Positions 54,701 to 64,000 of a DNA stretch of 64,000 bases are shown piece by piece (positions within the stretch are counted from its first letter, which is position 1; each line of letters opens with the position of its first letter). Source of the stretch: an uncultured Gemmatimonadales bacterium. Its GTDB lineage: Bacteria > Gemmatimonadota > Gemmatimonadetes > Longimicrobiales > RSA9. Where the stretch lies: NCBI GenBank assembly GCA_963798085.1, contig CAWCRS010000007.1, positions 1,792,001-1,856,000 of the forward strand. Direction: 5' to 3'. A program made the position numbers and the translations under genes. The notes below the pieces were generated by a model. It searched no databases and was not told the DNA's origin. It saw only the letters and a program-made list of their open reading frames with translations.

Positions 54701-56143
54701 GTTCAGCTCGGAAGTGAAGCCGTTCAGCCGGTGCCGCACCAGTGCGTGCAGCTGCACGCCCGACGCGATGGCGCCGGCCGCATCCACGCGTCCGTCCACC
54801 AGACCCTCCACGCCCAGCCCCGGGCGCAGGCGCTCGAGCAGCGCGAGATCCACATCGCTGAAGTTCGCGGTCAGGTTGCGCAGCTCGATCGCGTCACCCA
54901 GGCAGATCGTGCCGTTCCAGCTCAGGACGGGGAGCGCGGCGCCGCCCCACTGCGCGAGCTGAATTTCGCCGGTCGTCTGCACGGCGCCCAGTGGTCCTTT
55001 CGCCTGCACGCGGCCCGAGAGCAGGCCGCGCAGAGGAATGGAGTCGGGCCACACCGCATCGGCCCACGCCAGGTCGAGTGGCGCCATGCGCAGGTCGACG
55101 TCACGCAGCGCAGGCTGCGCGCCCGTGATCCACCCGAAGGACCCCGTGACGTGCGTGCGTGGTGCATCGACCGTCATCTCAGACCCGGACAACAGCAGGT
55201 TGCCATCCGGCTGCGTGAGTACGCGCCACGTGCCCCTGGCATGCGCATCCGCAGGCAGCCGCTCATCCAGCCACAGCAGATCGCTCACCGCCAGCTCGGG
55301 TGTATCGATGCGGAGGTTGTAGCGCATCCCCGCGCTGCCGGCGGTCACGCGGCCGTTGGCGCGGCCGTGCGATGCGGCTAACGCGAAGTTGCGCACCTCC
55401 AGATCGATGATCGAGTCCTGCAGTGTCACCGAGCCTGCGACATCGTGCACGGAGAACGGGTCCCGCAGGAACTGCACGCGCGCGGCGAGTCTGCCAATGT
55501 CGATCTCGTGCACGTCGCTGCCCGGCTTGGACCATGCGATGGACGGGATGTGGCCTTCAATGGAATCGACGTGTATGAGCTGCACGCGTCCGCCCGGCGC
55601 ATCCTCGATCACGTAGCGTGCCGCCATGCCACCGGCGGCAGGATCCTCGGTCAGCGGCCGGATGATGTTGACACGGTTGTTGACCAGCGTCACATTGCGG
55701 AAGCGAATCACACGCTCCGGCCCGCTGCCGCCATCGTGCGCCAGAATGCGCTGGTAGTTCCAGAGCGTATCGCCGGGGAATCGTTCCACATCCACAACCC
55801 CGTTCCACACCGTCACCGAGCGCAACACAATGCGGCCGACGAGCAGGTCCAGCAGATCGTAGCGTGCGCTCAGGCTGTCGGCGCGCACGAAGGCGCGGCC
55901 CGTCGGGTCGACGATGCTGACACTGTGCAGATCGAGGCTGTGCAGCAGGCCGTCGCCGCTGATGCGCTCGACCGTGATGACGCCCTGCACCTGCGACTTC
56001 GCCCACGACAGTGCCACTCGGCGCGCGCGTTCCATGCCCCAGGTCGAGCGCGACAGCAGTACCAGCGTAGAGAGCAGCACGGCGGCGAGGAACACGACCG
56101 CGCCCAGCAGGCCCATGAACCAGCGCAGGGCGCGGCTCGTCAT
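51713..56143 (-). CDS. tamB: Translocation and assembly module TamB (DUF490)
   Basis: N-terminal anchor, long beta-rich body, C-terminal DPNLNITA, VTGTLQSPRVRLSS, LASYLFFG; adjacent to an Omp85 gene. Confidence 0.88.
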   Translation of the reverse strand: MTSRALRWFMGLLGAVVFLAAVLLSTLVLLSRSTWGMERARRVALSWAKSQVQGVITVERISGDGLLHSLDLHSVSIVDPTGRAFVRADSLSARYDLLDLLVGRIVLRSVTVWNGVVDVERFPGDTLWNYQRILAHDGGSGPERVIRFRNVTLVNNRVNIIRPLTEDPAAGGMAARYVIEDAPGGRVQLIHVDSIEGHIPSIAWSKPGSDVHEIDIGRLAARVQFLRDPFSVHDVAGSVTLQDSIIDLEVRNFALAASHGRANGRVTAGSAGMRYNLRIDTPELAVSDLLWLDERLPADAHARGTWRVLTQPDGNLLLSGSEMTVDAPRTHVTGSFGWITGAQPALRDVDLRMAPLDLAWADAVWPDSIPLRGLLSGRVQAKGPLGAVQTTGEIQLAQWGGAALPVLSWNGTICLGDAIELRNLTANFSDVDLALLERLRPGLGVEGLVDGRVDAAGAIASGVQLHALVRHRLNGFTSELNVTGDAAADNDVISMNLRVDASPLRLESLGRMVPRLDSLRGEVRGRLALTGRADSLQLDGDVTTQGGPLSFSTLIDRHGATPHIVARGHSTRFDPSRIGLLDTPALLSGQATLDLTGEDLASYSGPVRVELDSATIHDLRLEYSFAELHLRAGSAHVDSAVIRSPGLRATATGGFGLVAERNDSLRIALNGQSFEPLERVLFNTVKDPTTPRINGSGSARIGLYGSLAAFDATVDARLDHPFYDGRSATSAVVTGSARGVRTDSLAYTLAVSADSVRAFGELTDSVRAALSRSAGSGRLSADAWRRDTSLVHIDGSFADSAGVTSVRVAQLRFRSGPGEWRLSSAANIRIEGRAAHVAELRLIPTLGGSVAARGTLAWANESTDPELDFTAELQQVPFGLIPQMLRPRGDITGMIGGTIRVAGTATAPTFDARFDLADIAYQGAQLQRVQLALGYSNQLVNARASAFVAGRRVLDGQGAIPADLRLGATTDRLPDKPLDFKVRMDSFPAAFMLSISRGFSDVRGVFVGTVDGSGTMQHAQLSGALVLLNGAATWDATGVRYVSGEGTFLMNKQLEASVDFTARTVDPRSANRSGTARLTGTLDLTHPTDPGFDLAVQADRILAARRRDMDVTASGRVTIGGRYSQPLLAGDIRVDGGTLNLDELYRQYLIVQLEDPLFFDVVDTSLVSVRRIMPQSESPFLKNVRIGTDGNTARVTVGPGSWLRSSVMNVEVTGDFTVVFDRTGGDRADDDLRMNGSLRVVRGTYRLQYPPFTRVFEVREGTVEFPGTPGMDPNLNITAAYTARTGGEPLDIYADVTGTLQSPRVRLSSDAQPPIGESDLASYLFFGAPTYAFNFSSGNGSVIGNLGQQLLANQGLGYVASGLQTLGQSFGLVDYVGLTAAEAAPNGRGDSGLGSLLSTTKIEVGRYFPHHVFVTWTQRLNSQGNRPGVNIEWRFRPTYGLEGFWEDRFARTPSFSLSQAITTRVLGLSIFREWGY

Positions 56144-56186
56144 GCGCGAGCTCCCGGCGCGAACGCGATGGGCGTGTCGGTGCGCA

Positions 56187-58421
56187 TCAGAATGCCTGCC
56201 CGATGGCGAAATGAAGCTGCAGCCGGTCGAGAAACGTGCGCCGCGGCTTCCACAGCACGGGAATCGCGAGTGCCTGCAGCTTTCCCGTGTCGCGCAGGTC
56301 GGCGGCATCGTACTGCGCATTCGGGTCGAGCGCCGAACACGGATCCGGGCTCTTGGGGCAGAGCTGCGTGGTCACCACGGTCAGTGTCTCGCCCTGCCCG
56401 GGATAGAAGCCCACATCCAGCCGGACAGGCCCGATCGGGCTGAAATAGCGCACGCCGAAGCCGGGTGTCCAGGCGACACTGCGCAGGTTGATCAATGCCC
56501 GCGCCTGCCACACCTGTCCGAAATCGACGAAAGCGGCGCCCCGCAGCCGGTCGCCCAGAATCGGAAATCGTACTTCTGCGTTAGCCACGAAAGACGCCGC
56601 GCCGCCCACCGGCCGCACGTTGAAGGCGTTCGGGTGGCCGGCAATGAACGCGCGCGGATCGCAGCTGCCATCGTTCACCTGCTGCGCCGTGCAGCCGGCG
56701 CCGCTGTCCGCCGGCACCATGAGCTTGAACGGGTCCGCGCTCAACAGCTTCGGTCCCAGGAAATACTGCGGGTATCCACGCACACTGTTCGGCCCACCCT
56801 CGAAGAAGCGCTTCTGTGGATGGATGCCCAGAGTCTGCGATCCGTTGCTGATCTGGTGCGCCCAGCCGGGCTTGATGCGCAGGGCCCAGACCCAGCCCGG
56901 CGTGAAGCTGTGGTAGTGGATCACCTCCAGAGCGCCGCGCACGTACGAGAAATCCGACCCGGTGAAGCCGCTCGCCACCTCGCCGTCCAGCCGTACGGTG
57001 TACCCGCGCGTGGGCGCGAAGATGCTGTTGGAGCGGTCCTGGCCGAGGCTGAGCGTGATGGGAGCCAGCCAATGGTAGTCACTGAGCGCGCTCACATCGC
57101 CCGGTCCGCACGCCGTGAAGTTGATGCAGAAGATGGCGTCACCGCTCTGCGTCCCCAGACGCGTGTGCTCGGGCCGATAACCGAGTGTAATGGCGCCGTA
57201 GCGCAGCGAACGGCTGAAATTCAGGTAGCCGCCCTGCGAGTAGCGGCGGAACACCTGCGGCAGGCTCTGCAGCTCGGCAAAGCCGCCTGCGCCGAACGTG
57301 TTGAGCGGTCCGAAGAGCCAGGGCTGCGTGAAATCCGCCGTACCCGAACCTGCCAGACTGCCGTAGTACGCATTGATGGGATCGAAGGGCTTGAACTGCT
57401 GCAGCGTCTTCGCCAGCAGGTTGCTCATGGTGGCGCGCACCGTGAGCCGGCGCGCGCCGCCGTAGAAGCTGCGGCTGGTCCACTGCAACTCGGTGTTGAG
57501 GTAGTCCGCGCTGCTCAGGCCCATGCCCGCGCGCACCCGGTGCAGGTCGCCTTCGTTCACCTGCACGCGCACCGGTATCAGCGTGTCGTCGTCGGTGCGC
57601 GGCACGGCCACGATCTCCGCATGACGGAATACCTCCTGGGCGAAGAGGTTCCGCTGGCTGCGCAGCAGTTGCTCCCGGCTGAAGACATCGCCGGTGGTGA
57701 ACGTGAGCATGCGGCGCACCACGGTGGAGTCCACTTTCTCCGCGCCCAGCACTTCCACGGTGCCGAAGCGCGAGCGGGCGCCCGCGAGTATGTCGTAGCT
57801 CACGGTCGCGGAGTGCGGCTGATCGCGCGGCGCGCTGTAGCTGGCCAGCACTTCCGCGTGCGCGTAGCCGCGGTTCTGAAGGCGTGCGATCATGCTGTCG
57901 CGCGCGGCCTCGTAGAGTGTGCGGCTCAGCGGATCGCCCACGTGCAGCGGCAGTGAGCGTGTGACCTCGCGCGGCACACTGTCCGCGCCCGAGAATGCGA
58001 TGTCGGTCACGCGGATCGGCTCGCCTTCGGCGACATTGAAGGCGACGTGCACCATTTCGCCTTCGCGCGTGGTGTCCACATGCACCCTCGCCTCACGGTA
58101 GCCCTGCCCCGCGTACAGGATCTGGAGCCGCAGTGCGTCCTGATCGAGGGCAATGGGATCGACGTACTGCCGGTCGACACCCACACCCAGCCAGCACAGC
58201 GGCTTCACTGCCGTGCACTGCGTCGGCGACGTGACCAGTGCGGCGGCCAGCACGCGGGGCGGAAACGCGTGCGCCCCGGGAAACGTCACCGAGGCGATTT
58301 CCATGGAATCGACGCGCGGGCGTTCCTGCGCCCCGGCGCGACCCGCTAACACAGCGATAGCAAGCAGGGCCGGTCCCGGTAGCGCGGCCAGCCCGGCCCT
58401 CCACATACCCGCCCGCTTCAT
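56187..58421 (-). CDS. BamA/TamA (Omp85) family outer-membrane protein
   Basis: POTRA repeats, RFFEGGPNSVRGY, NAEVRFP, FVDFG, SPIGPVRLD, HFAIGQAF. Confidence 0.92.
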   Translation of the reverse strand: MKRAGMWRAGLAALPGPALLAIAVLAGRAGAQERPRVDSMEIASVTFPGAHAFPPRVLAAALVTSPTQCTAVKPLCWLGVGVDRQYVDPIALDQDALRLQILYAGQGYREARVHVDTTREGEMVHVAFNVAEGEPIRVTDIAFSGADSVPREVTRSLPLHVGDPLSRTLYEAARDSMIARLQNRGYAHAEVLASYSAPRDQPHSATVSYDILAGARSRFGTVEVLGAEKVDSTVVRRMLTFTTGDVFSREQLLRSQRNLFAQEVFRHAEIVAVPRTDDDTLIPVRVQVNEGDLHRVRAGMGLSSADYLNTELQWTSRSFYGGARRLTVRATMSNLLAKTLQQFKPFDPINAYYGSLAGSGTADFTQPWLFGPLNTFGAGGFAELQSLPQVFRRYSQGGYLNFSRSLRYGAITLGYRPEHTRLGTQSGDAIFCINFTACGPGDVSALSDYHWLAPITLSLGQDRSNSIFAPTRGYTVRLDGEVASGFTGSDFSYVRGALEVIHYHSFTPGWVWALRIKPGWAHQISNGSQTLGIHPQKRFFEGGPNSVRGYPQYFLGPKLLSADPFKLMVPADSGAGCTAQQVNDGSCDPRAFIAGHPNAFNVRPVGGAASFVANAEVRFPILGDRLRGAAFVDFGQVWQARALINLRSVAWTPGFGVRYFSPIGPVRLDVGFYPGQGETLTVVTTQLCPKSPDPCSALDPNAQYDAADLRDTGKLQALAIPVLWKPRRTFLDRLQLHFAIGQAF

Positions 58422-59482
58422 CGCGCGCGCGCCGCGGCGGCCCGGACCAGGCCGGGGAAAGGCAGATCGGCGCGCGCCGTGCTCCCGGGCCCGCCCGTCT
58501 CGCCTCGCCCGTAGTGGAATGCCGCGGCACTCGCCACCATGGCGGCGTTGTCCGTGGCCAGCCGCGGCGACGGGAAATGCACGCTGGCTTCCCCCTCGAG
58601 CGCCGACTGCAGCGCGATGCGCAGGGCGAGGCTCGCGGCCACACCGCCGCCCAGCACCACGCGCGGACTGCCCGTCTCGCGCACCGCGCGCACGGTCTTG
58701 GCGACGAGCACATCGAGCAGCGCGCTCTGGAAGGACGCGGCGAGGTTGTCCACCTCGGCGTCCAGCCGGCCCGTGCGCTCCAGCTCGCGGACACGGGTGA
58801 GCACGGCGGTTTTCAGGCCACTGAACGAGAAGTCGTAGTAGTCCGTATCGCCGGGCAGCTGGTTGGACGCGAGCATGGGTCGCGGCAGCGCATGAGCGGC
58901 AGGATTGCCGGCCCTCGCCCTCGCTTCGATGCGCGGCCCGCCCGGGTACCCGAGCCCGAGGATGCGCGCCACCTTGTCGAAGGCTTCGCCCGCCGCATCA
59001 TCGCGCGTCTCGCCCAGCAGCTGGTAGCAGCCCCACTCCCGCACGTTGAGCAGCATGGTGTGTCCGCCCGAAACGAGCAGCGCCACGAACGGTGGCGTCG
59101 CCGCCGCATCATCCAGCGCTGTGCCGAACAGGTGAGCCTCCATGTGATGCACGGGCACGAAAGGCCGGCCCAGCGCAAAAGCCGCGCTCTTGCTCCACGT
59201 CAGGCCCACGAGCAGCGCGCCGATGAGGCCGGGGCCCGCGGTTGCCGCTAACACGTCGATATCACGCAGCGCAACACCCGCCTGCCGCAACGCGCCATCC
59301 ACCACATCGTCGATGGCGGCCAGGTGCGCGCGTGCCGCGATCTCGGGCACCACCCCGCCGTACAGGGCGTGGGCGTCCTGCGACAGGATGATGTGGCCCA
59401 GGACACGCTGCTGGCCGCGCAGCACGGCCGCCGACGTTTCGTCGCAGGATGTCTCGACGGCCAGGATCAGGGGCTCGCTCAT
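58418..59482 (-). CDS. tsaD: tRNA N6-adenosine threonylcarbamoyltransferase
   Basis: ETSCDET, GGVVPEIAARAH, HHMEAH, VSGGHT, DDAAGEAFDK, SFSGLKT, TDNAAM. Confidence 0.97.
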   Translation of the reverse strand: MSEPLILAVETSCDETSAAVLRGQQRVLGHIILSQDAHALYGGVVPEIAARAHLAAIDDVVDGALRQAGVALRDIDVLAATAGPGLIGALLVGLTWSKSAAFALGRPFVPVHHMEAHLFGTALDDAAATPPFVALLVSGGHTMLLNVREWGCYQLLGETRDDAAGEAFDKVARILGLGYPGGPRIEARARAGNPAAHALPRPMLASNQLPGDTDYYDFSFSGLKTAVLTRVRELERTGRLDAEVDNLAASFQSALLDVLVAKTVRAVRETGSPRVVLGGGVAASLALRIALQSALEGEASVHFPSPRLATDNAAMVASAAAFHYGRGETGGPGSTARADLPFPGLVRAAAARAR

Positions 59483-60201
59483 TCCGGCGATCTGCCGCGG
59501 CGCCCGCCGCGCGACCCGGTGGTGTCCGCCGTCGCGCGGATGGATACGATCATGCGCACCTCCTGCGGGCTCAGCACCACGGCCCGGTTGCGACGGTCCA
59601 GCGAATCCAGCGGCACGACAATGGTGTCGCTGACGGTATGCCGTGTCAGATCGAGCGCAGGCAGGCGCAGCGAGTCCATGCGCTCGAGGGCGCGGGTGGG
59701 GCCGGTGGCGCGCACCGCGGCGGGTTCGAGCAGCACGTGACCAACGAGCTCGAAGCCGGCGGGCGGCGCGCCGAGCACCGTCACCGCCACCGGTATCAGC
59801 CGGCTGGTCACGCGATCGAAGGAGAGCCGCACGGCGGCCGGCCGGATCTCGTCTACACGGGTGTTATCGAGCCCCTTGCCCAGCGCCACCCAGCCCGGAC
59901 GCAGCACTACGACTTCAGTGGAGTCGGTGACATTGTCCAGCGGCACGAGTATGCTGGGCCGCTCCGCCGCGGCGCGGATCAGTTCGCGCACCGGCCCGGA
60001 GAACACGACGCGTACCACGGGCGGCTCCGGTTCCGAAGCCAGCACCCAGCCGGCATCCCGGTTCATGACCTGTACCGGGATCTCGTCGATGCCCACCTGA
60101 TTATCAGTCTTGACCAGCGTCCAGAGCAGAAAGGCGAGACCGAGGGCGGTCAGCTTGAGCAGCAGGTCCTTGGTCAGCGTATCGAGCAGCCGCTGCAGCA
60201 C
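59479..60201 (-). CDS. YbbR/CdaR domain membrane protein
   Basis: KDLLLKLTALGLAFLLW anchor followed by two beta-rich YbbR-like repeats. Confidence 0.8.
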   Translation of the reverse strand: MLQRLLDTLTKDLLLKLTALGLAFLLWTLVKTDNQVGIDEIPVQVMNRDAGWVLASEPEPPVVRVVFSGPVRELIRAAAERPSILVPLDNVTDSTEVVVLRPGWVALGKGLDNTRVDEIRPAAVRLSFDRVTSRLIPVAVTVLGAPPAGFELVGHVLLEPAAVRATGPTRALERMDSLRLPALDLTRHTVSDTIVVPLDSLDRRNRAVVLSPQEVRMIVSIRATADTTGSRGGRRGRSPE

Positions 60202-60203
60202 CG

Positions 60204-60761
60204 TCAGCTCCCCAGAAGCTTGCGGATCTCCGTCTGGAATTGCGGCTGATCCCAGGCGCGTCCGCCGAGGTACTTGCCGCGGATGCGTCCCTCGCGATCG
60301 ATCAGGTAGGAAACAGGCAGGCCCGGCACCGGAAACCCATCTTCCACATGCCGGTCCGGATCGTACAGCACGGGGAATGTAATGCCGTGTTCCCGGACGA
60401 AGTTCTGCACGGCTTCCTGCGGCTCGCCCTCGGTCAGTGCGGCGTTGTCGACACTGACGGCGACCACGGTGAAGCCCGCATCCTTCATGGTGAGGAAGGC
60501 GTTCTCGAGCGCGGGCATTTCGCGCACGCACGGCACGCACCAGGTGGCCCACACGTTGAGCAGCACCACGCGACCGTGCAGGTCAGCGAGTCGCATCGTG
60601 TCCCTGGCAAGCGTAAGACCCTGATAGGCGGGCGCCTTGCTGCCCACATCGAGCGGCTCGTGGCGGCCCCGCGCGGACCACGCGTATCCCACCAGTATTA
60701 CGAGAACGGCGCCCACGATGCCGCGGCGCAACCAGCGCGAGCGTGTTTCAGCGGCCAGCAT
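60204..60761 (-). CDS. TlpA/ResA-like disulfide reductase
   Basis: N-terminal TM, LLNVWATWCVPCVREMP, GLPVSYLID. Confidence 0.92.
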   Translation of the reverse strand: MLAAETRSRWLRRGIVGAVLVILVGYAWSARGRHEPLDVGSKAPAYQGLTLARDTMRLADLHGRVVLLNVWATWCVPCVREMPALENAFLTMKDAGFTVVAVSVDNAALTEGEPQEAVQNFVREHGITFPVLYDPDRHVEDGFPVPGLPVSYLIDREGRIRGKYLGGRAWDQPQFQTEIRKLLGS

Positions 60762-61554
60762 GGGCGAGTCCGGGTAGCAGGACTGGAACGCGGGCCGGTT
60801 CCGCGGGACACGAAGCGCCCCGCGCCTCGCCTTCCGCCGGTCCCGTCTGACAGCGTGTAACCTGCTGTCCACGCACGAACATAGCCTTTCCGTCGGACGC
60901 TGACCAGCCGCGCCCCGGCGAAGCCAGCGTGTCGATGTGAACCGTGTCCAGCGCGGTCGTGTCGACGCCTGCACTCACGAGAATCGTGACGCGCGCCGGA
61001 AGCTGCAGTCGCTCGCCCGCCTCGGGATTGAGTCCGATCACGCGACCCTTCGCTTCGCTCGACGTCGTATCGATACGCTGCACATCGAAGCCCAGTCGCG
61101 TGAGCAGCCCGGCGGCCCTGTCCACCGGGAAGCCCATCACATCAGGCACCACCACGCGCGGCCGTCCCGAGCTGATGGCCACGCGCACGGATGCGCCCGT
61201 GCGCAGCTGTTGTCCCGGCAGCGGCGACTGCGCGATGATCGTGTTCTCGGGCGCCGTCGGACTGGGCAGTCGGGTCACTTCCAGCGAGCCCAGCCCCACA
61301 GACTCGAGCTCGCGCTGTGCCGCACCCGCTGTTTCTCCGGTCAGCGCCGGAACCGGGATGCCCTGTGCCACCACGGGCGGCGGCGGGAAGATCACCCGTA
61401 CCGCGAGCACGTAGCCGAGCGCAAACGGCAGTGTGGCGCCCAGAGCGATAAGCGCCCAGTAGCCGGCTTTCCAGCGCCGGCTTCGCGGCGTGCCGGTTTC
61501 CGCCGAGCGCTTCCGCTTCCCGCCCATGCGCCGCTTCACGGAGTCGCCGAGCAT
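60748..61554 (-). CDS. PASTA domain-containing membrane protein (no kinase domain)
   Basis: One TM then two PASTA repeats (VPALTGET..IIAQSP; VPDVMG..VIGLNP); the C-terminal tail may be over-extended. Confidence 0.85.
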   Translation of the reverse strand: MLGDSVKRRMGGKRKRSAETGTPRSRRWKAGYWALIALGATLPFALGYVLAVRVIFPPPPVVAQGIPVPALTGETAGAAQRELESVGLGSLEVTRLPSPTAPENTIIAQSPLPGQQLRTGASVRVAISSGRPRVVVPDVMGFPVDRAAGLLTRLGFDVQRIDTTSSEAKGRVIGLNPEAGERLQLPARVTILVSAGVDTTALDTVHIDTLASPGRGWSASDGKAMFVRGQQVTRCQTGPAEGEARGASCPAEPARVPVLLPGLAHAGR

Positions 61555-62868
61555 TCAGGGCTTGCGCCGCAAGCGTGCGGCGAAGGCGCCATCGAACCCC
61601 TGCTCCTGCGGCAGCAGCCGCAGCCGTCCGTCCCCGGCCAGCCCGGTCAGGGCCGGCGCGGCCGGCGCTTCCACAGCGAACGCGCGGTTCCTCTCGAGGA
61701 ACGCATCCACCTGCATGTCATTCTCCTCCGCCTCCAGTGAGCACGTCGCGTACACGAGCAGACCGCCCGGTCGGACCACGGCCGCCGCAGCGTCCAGCAG
61801 CTCGGCCTGCAGCCGGGCGAGTGAGGCGACGTCGTCGGCGCCCAGTCGCCAGCGCCCGTCCGCGTGCCGGCGCAACGTCCCGGTGCCGGTGCACGGCGCA
61901 TCCACGAGCACGACGTCGGCCGCGCGTACCGCCGGCCTCCGGCCATCCATCACAACCATGCGCACGGGCAATGCCGGCAGGCGCGCGAGATTCTCGCGCA
62001 CGCGGCCGATGCGCGCCTTGGATGCATCGGCTGCCACTACCCTGCGCACCGACGCAGAACCGGTGCCCACGGCAAGCGCGATACTCTTTCCGCCGGGCGC
62101 GGCGCACAGGTCCAGAACGAGTGCATCGGCGGGCGGCGCGGCATAGCGCGCCACCACACCCGCCGCGGGGTCCTGCACGATCGCGGGAATTGCCGCAAGC
62201 GCATCCGTCAGCGCAGCGCCCCCGCCTAACCGGATCGCATTCGGCGCCCCCGCGACGGACGCCGCCGCCACATCGTGCGCTGTCAGTGTCGCCAGTGCGT
62301 CGGGAATCGCAATGCCCACGGGGCGAAGGTACAGCGCGGGCCGCTGATTGTTCGCTTCGACCAGCTGGCGCGCGGATTCGGCGCCGAAGCGCGCGACCCA
62401 GCGTTCGACCAGCCAGCGCGGGTGGCTGCCCCATGTGCTCAGGTACGCGACTGGATCCGCGGCGAAATCGGGAAACGCGAACACGCCTTCTGCACGCTTC
62501 ACCGATTGCAGCACGGCGTTCACGAGGCGCGCGCCACCGGGCGAATGCGGACGGACCAGCGACACGGATTCGGAGACTGCGGCGTACGCAGGCACGCTGT
62601 CCATCTCGAGCAGCTGGTACGTGCCCAGCCGCAGCGCATCGAGCACCACGGCATCGAGACGCTCCAGAGGACGACTCGCGAATGGTTCGAGAATGTGATC
62701 GAGGCGACCGCGCAGTCTCAGCGTGCCCTGCACCAGCTCCTGCGTCCACGCTCGGTCACGCTGCGGCAGTCGCTCGATCTCCCGGCGCAGCGCGGCGTCG
62801 GCCAGCTCACCCGTGCGCAGCGCGTCGAGCACCCGCAGAGCGGCCTGACGCGCCGGCGTCGCATTCAC
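61555..62868 (-). CDS. rsmB: 16S rRNA m5C967 methyltransferase RsmB (Sun)
   Basis: NusB-like N-domain, SHPRWL, QDPAA, LDLCAAPGGK, DAPCTGTG, YATCS. Confidence 0.95.
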   Translation of the reverse strand: MNATPARQAALRVLDALRTGELADAALRREIERLPQRDRAWTQELVQGTLRLRGRLDHILEPFASRPLERLDAVVLDALRLGTYQLLEMDSVPAYAAVSESVSLVRPHSPGGARLVNAVLQSVKRAEGVFAFPDFAADPVAYLSTWGSHPRWLVERWVARFGAESARQLVEANNQRPALYLRPVGIAIPDALATLTAHDVAAASVAGAPNAIRLGGGAALTDALAAIPAIVQDPAAGVVARYAAPPADALVLDLCAAPGGKSIALAVGTGSASVRRVVAADASKARIGRVRENLARLPALPVRMVVMDGRRPAVRAADVVLVDAPCTGTGTLRRHADGRWRLGADDVASLARLQAELLDAAAAVVRPGGLLVYATCSLEAEENDMQVDAFLERNRAFAVEAPAAPALTGLAGDGRLRLLPQEQGFDGAFAARLRRKP

Positions 62869-62925
62869 GACGCGATCGGGCGATGCACCTCGAATGCGGG
62901 GCGTAGCGCACACGCGGCGGATCGC

Positions 62926-63705
62926 TCAGCGCAGCATGCCGACAACCGGCGACGACGGCACGGCCACTTCGCGACGCGGCATGCGCCCGGCGAGGTATGC
63001 CAGGCGCCCGGCCTGAACACCGAGCTGCATGGCCAGCGCCATGCGCACGGGATCGCCGGCCTCGGCAATCGCGGTATTCATGAGGATGCCATCCACACCC
63101 TGCTCCATCGTCAGGCACGCATCCAATGCCGTGCCCACGCCCGCATCGACGATCACCGGACATTCCAGCCGGCTCTTGATCTCGCGCACGAAATAAGGAT
63201 TCAGCAGACCCAGTCCGCTGCCGATGGGACTGGCGAGAGGCATCACCGCAGCGCAGCCCGCGTCTTCGAGACGGAGTGCGGTGACCACGTCTTCGTTCGT
63301 GTATGCCAACACTTTGAAGCCGTCCGCTACAAGCACTTTCGCGGCCTCGAGCGTGGCCACCACATCGGGCAGCAGCGTACGCTGGTCACCGATCACTTCG
63401 AGCTTCACCCAGTCGTTCAGACCCGCGGCGCGTCCCAGCCGCGCGTAGCGTACCGCATCATCCGCGTTGTAGCAGCCGGCCGTGTTGGGCAGGATGAAGA
63501 TGCTCTCGGGATCGAGATGGTGCAGGATGCCTTCTTCCCTGCTGCGATCCAGATCCACGCGCCGCACTGCAACGGTCACCATGCCCGCGCCCGACGCTTC
63601 GATGGCGCGCACCATGGTTTCGTTGTCGCGGTATTTGCCGGTCCCGACAATGAGCCGCGACGCGAACGCGCGGCCCGCAATGATCAGTGGCGCGTCCTGC
63701 ATCAC
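62926..63705 (-). CDS. thiG: Thiazole synthase
   Basis: SRLIVGTGKY, LPNTAGC, VKLEVIGD, MPLASPIGSG, VDAGVG. Confidence 0.97.
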   Translation of the reverse strand: MMQDAPLIIAGRAFASRLIVGTGKYRDNETMVRAIEASGAGMVTVAVRRVDLDRSREEGILHHLDPESIFILPNTAGCYNADDAVRYARLGRAAGLNDWVKLEVIGDQRTLLPDVVATLEAAKVLVADGFKVLAYTNEDVVTALRLEDAGCAAVMPLASPIGSGLGLLNPYFVREIKSRLECPVIVDAGVGTALDACLTMEQGVDGILMNTAIAEAGDPVRMALAMQLGVQAGRLAYLAGRMPRREVAVPSSPVVGMLR

Positions 63706-63708
63706 GTC

Positions 63709-63921
63709 TCACCCTCCTCCGACGAAATGCACCAGCTCGAAGATGTCACCGGTGCGCACTTCCACCGAGGACAGGCGGCCGCGTTCGAGGATTTCGCGAT
63801 TGTGCTCGACCACGACCGTGCCCGGCTGGAGTCCCAGCTCGCGCAGCATCTCCGTCACCGAAAGTCCGGCCGGCAACTCCTTCGGCTGACCGTTCAGTGT
63901 GACCAGGACGATTGTTTCCAT
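63709..63921 (-). CDS. thiS: Sulfur carrier protein ThiS
   Basis: Small ubiquitin-like protein ending VHFVGGG, upstream of thiG. Confidence 0.96.
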   Translation of the reverse strand: METIVLVTLNGQPKELPAGLSVTEMLRELGLQPGTVVVEHNREILERGRLSSVEVRTGDIFELVHFVGGG

Positions 63922-63949
63922 GCGCCCGCTTCCTGCCGGCCGTGTGTGT

Positions 63950-64000
63950 TCAAGCGCCGAATGTGTGCGTCAGCGCTTCGAGGTACCCCTCAAGGCCACG
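63950..64000 (-). CDS. Possible C-terminal end of an upstream gene
   Basis: Open frame RGLEGYLEALTHTFGA-stop from the window edge; too short to identify. Confidence 0.3.
   Translation of the reverse strand, partial: RGLEGYLEALTHTFGA

Overview
High-GC (roughly 70%) bacterial chromosomal window. Gene content and protein styles suggest Gemmatimonadota (inference), probably a long-read assembly. About a dozen genes carry small indels, five of them the same apparent GATG->GAATG change. Content is mostly core or metabolic: fabI (partial), fdhD-mobA-moeA, ETF-QO and etfAB, a GALK2-like kinase, a TonB receptor with beta-propeller lipoproteins, mpg, an NYN-LOTUS protein, an acyl-CoA ligase, aroB, an ATP-grasp x2/GNAT/KamA operon, folK, tyrS, a peptidoglycan/amino-sugar recycling cluster, pspA, uvrA, efp, htpX, tamB, bamA-like, tsaD, cdaR-like, PASTA, rsmB and thiGS. 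The standout feature is a ~590-nt stretch without a credible ORF (about 3751-4346, + strand). It folds by eye into a closed, multi-branched RNA with many G-U pairs. Its size and motifs resemble OLE RNA (motifs recalled from memory, needs a covariance-model search), but it lies outside the usual Bacillota ispA-ole-oapA context. No CRISPR, rRNA, tRNA or transposase was seen.
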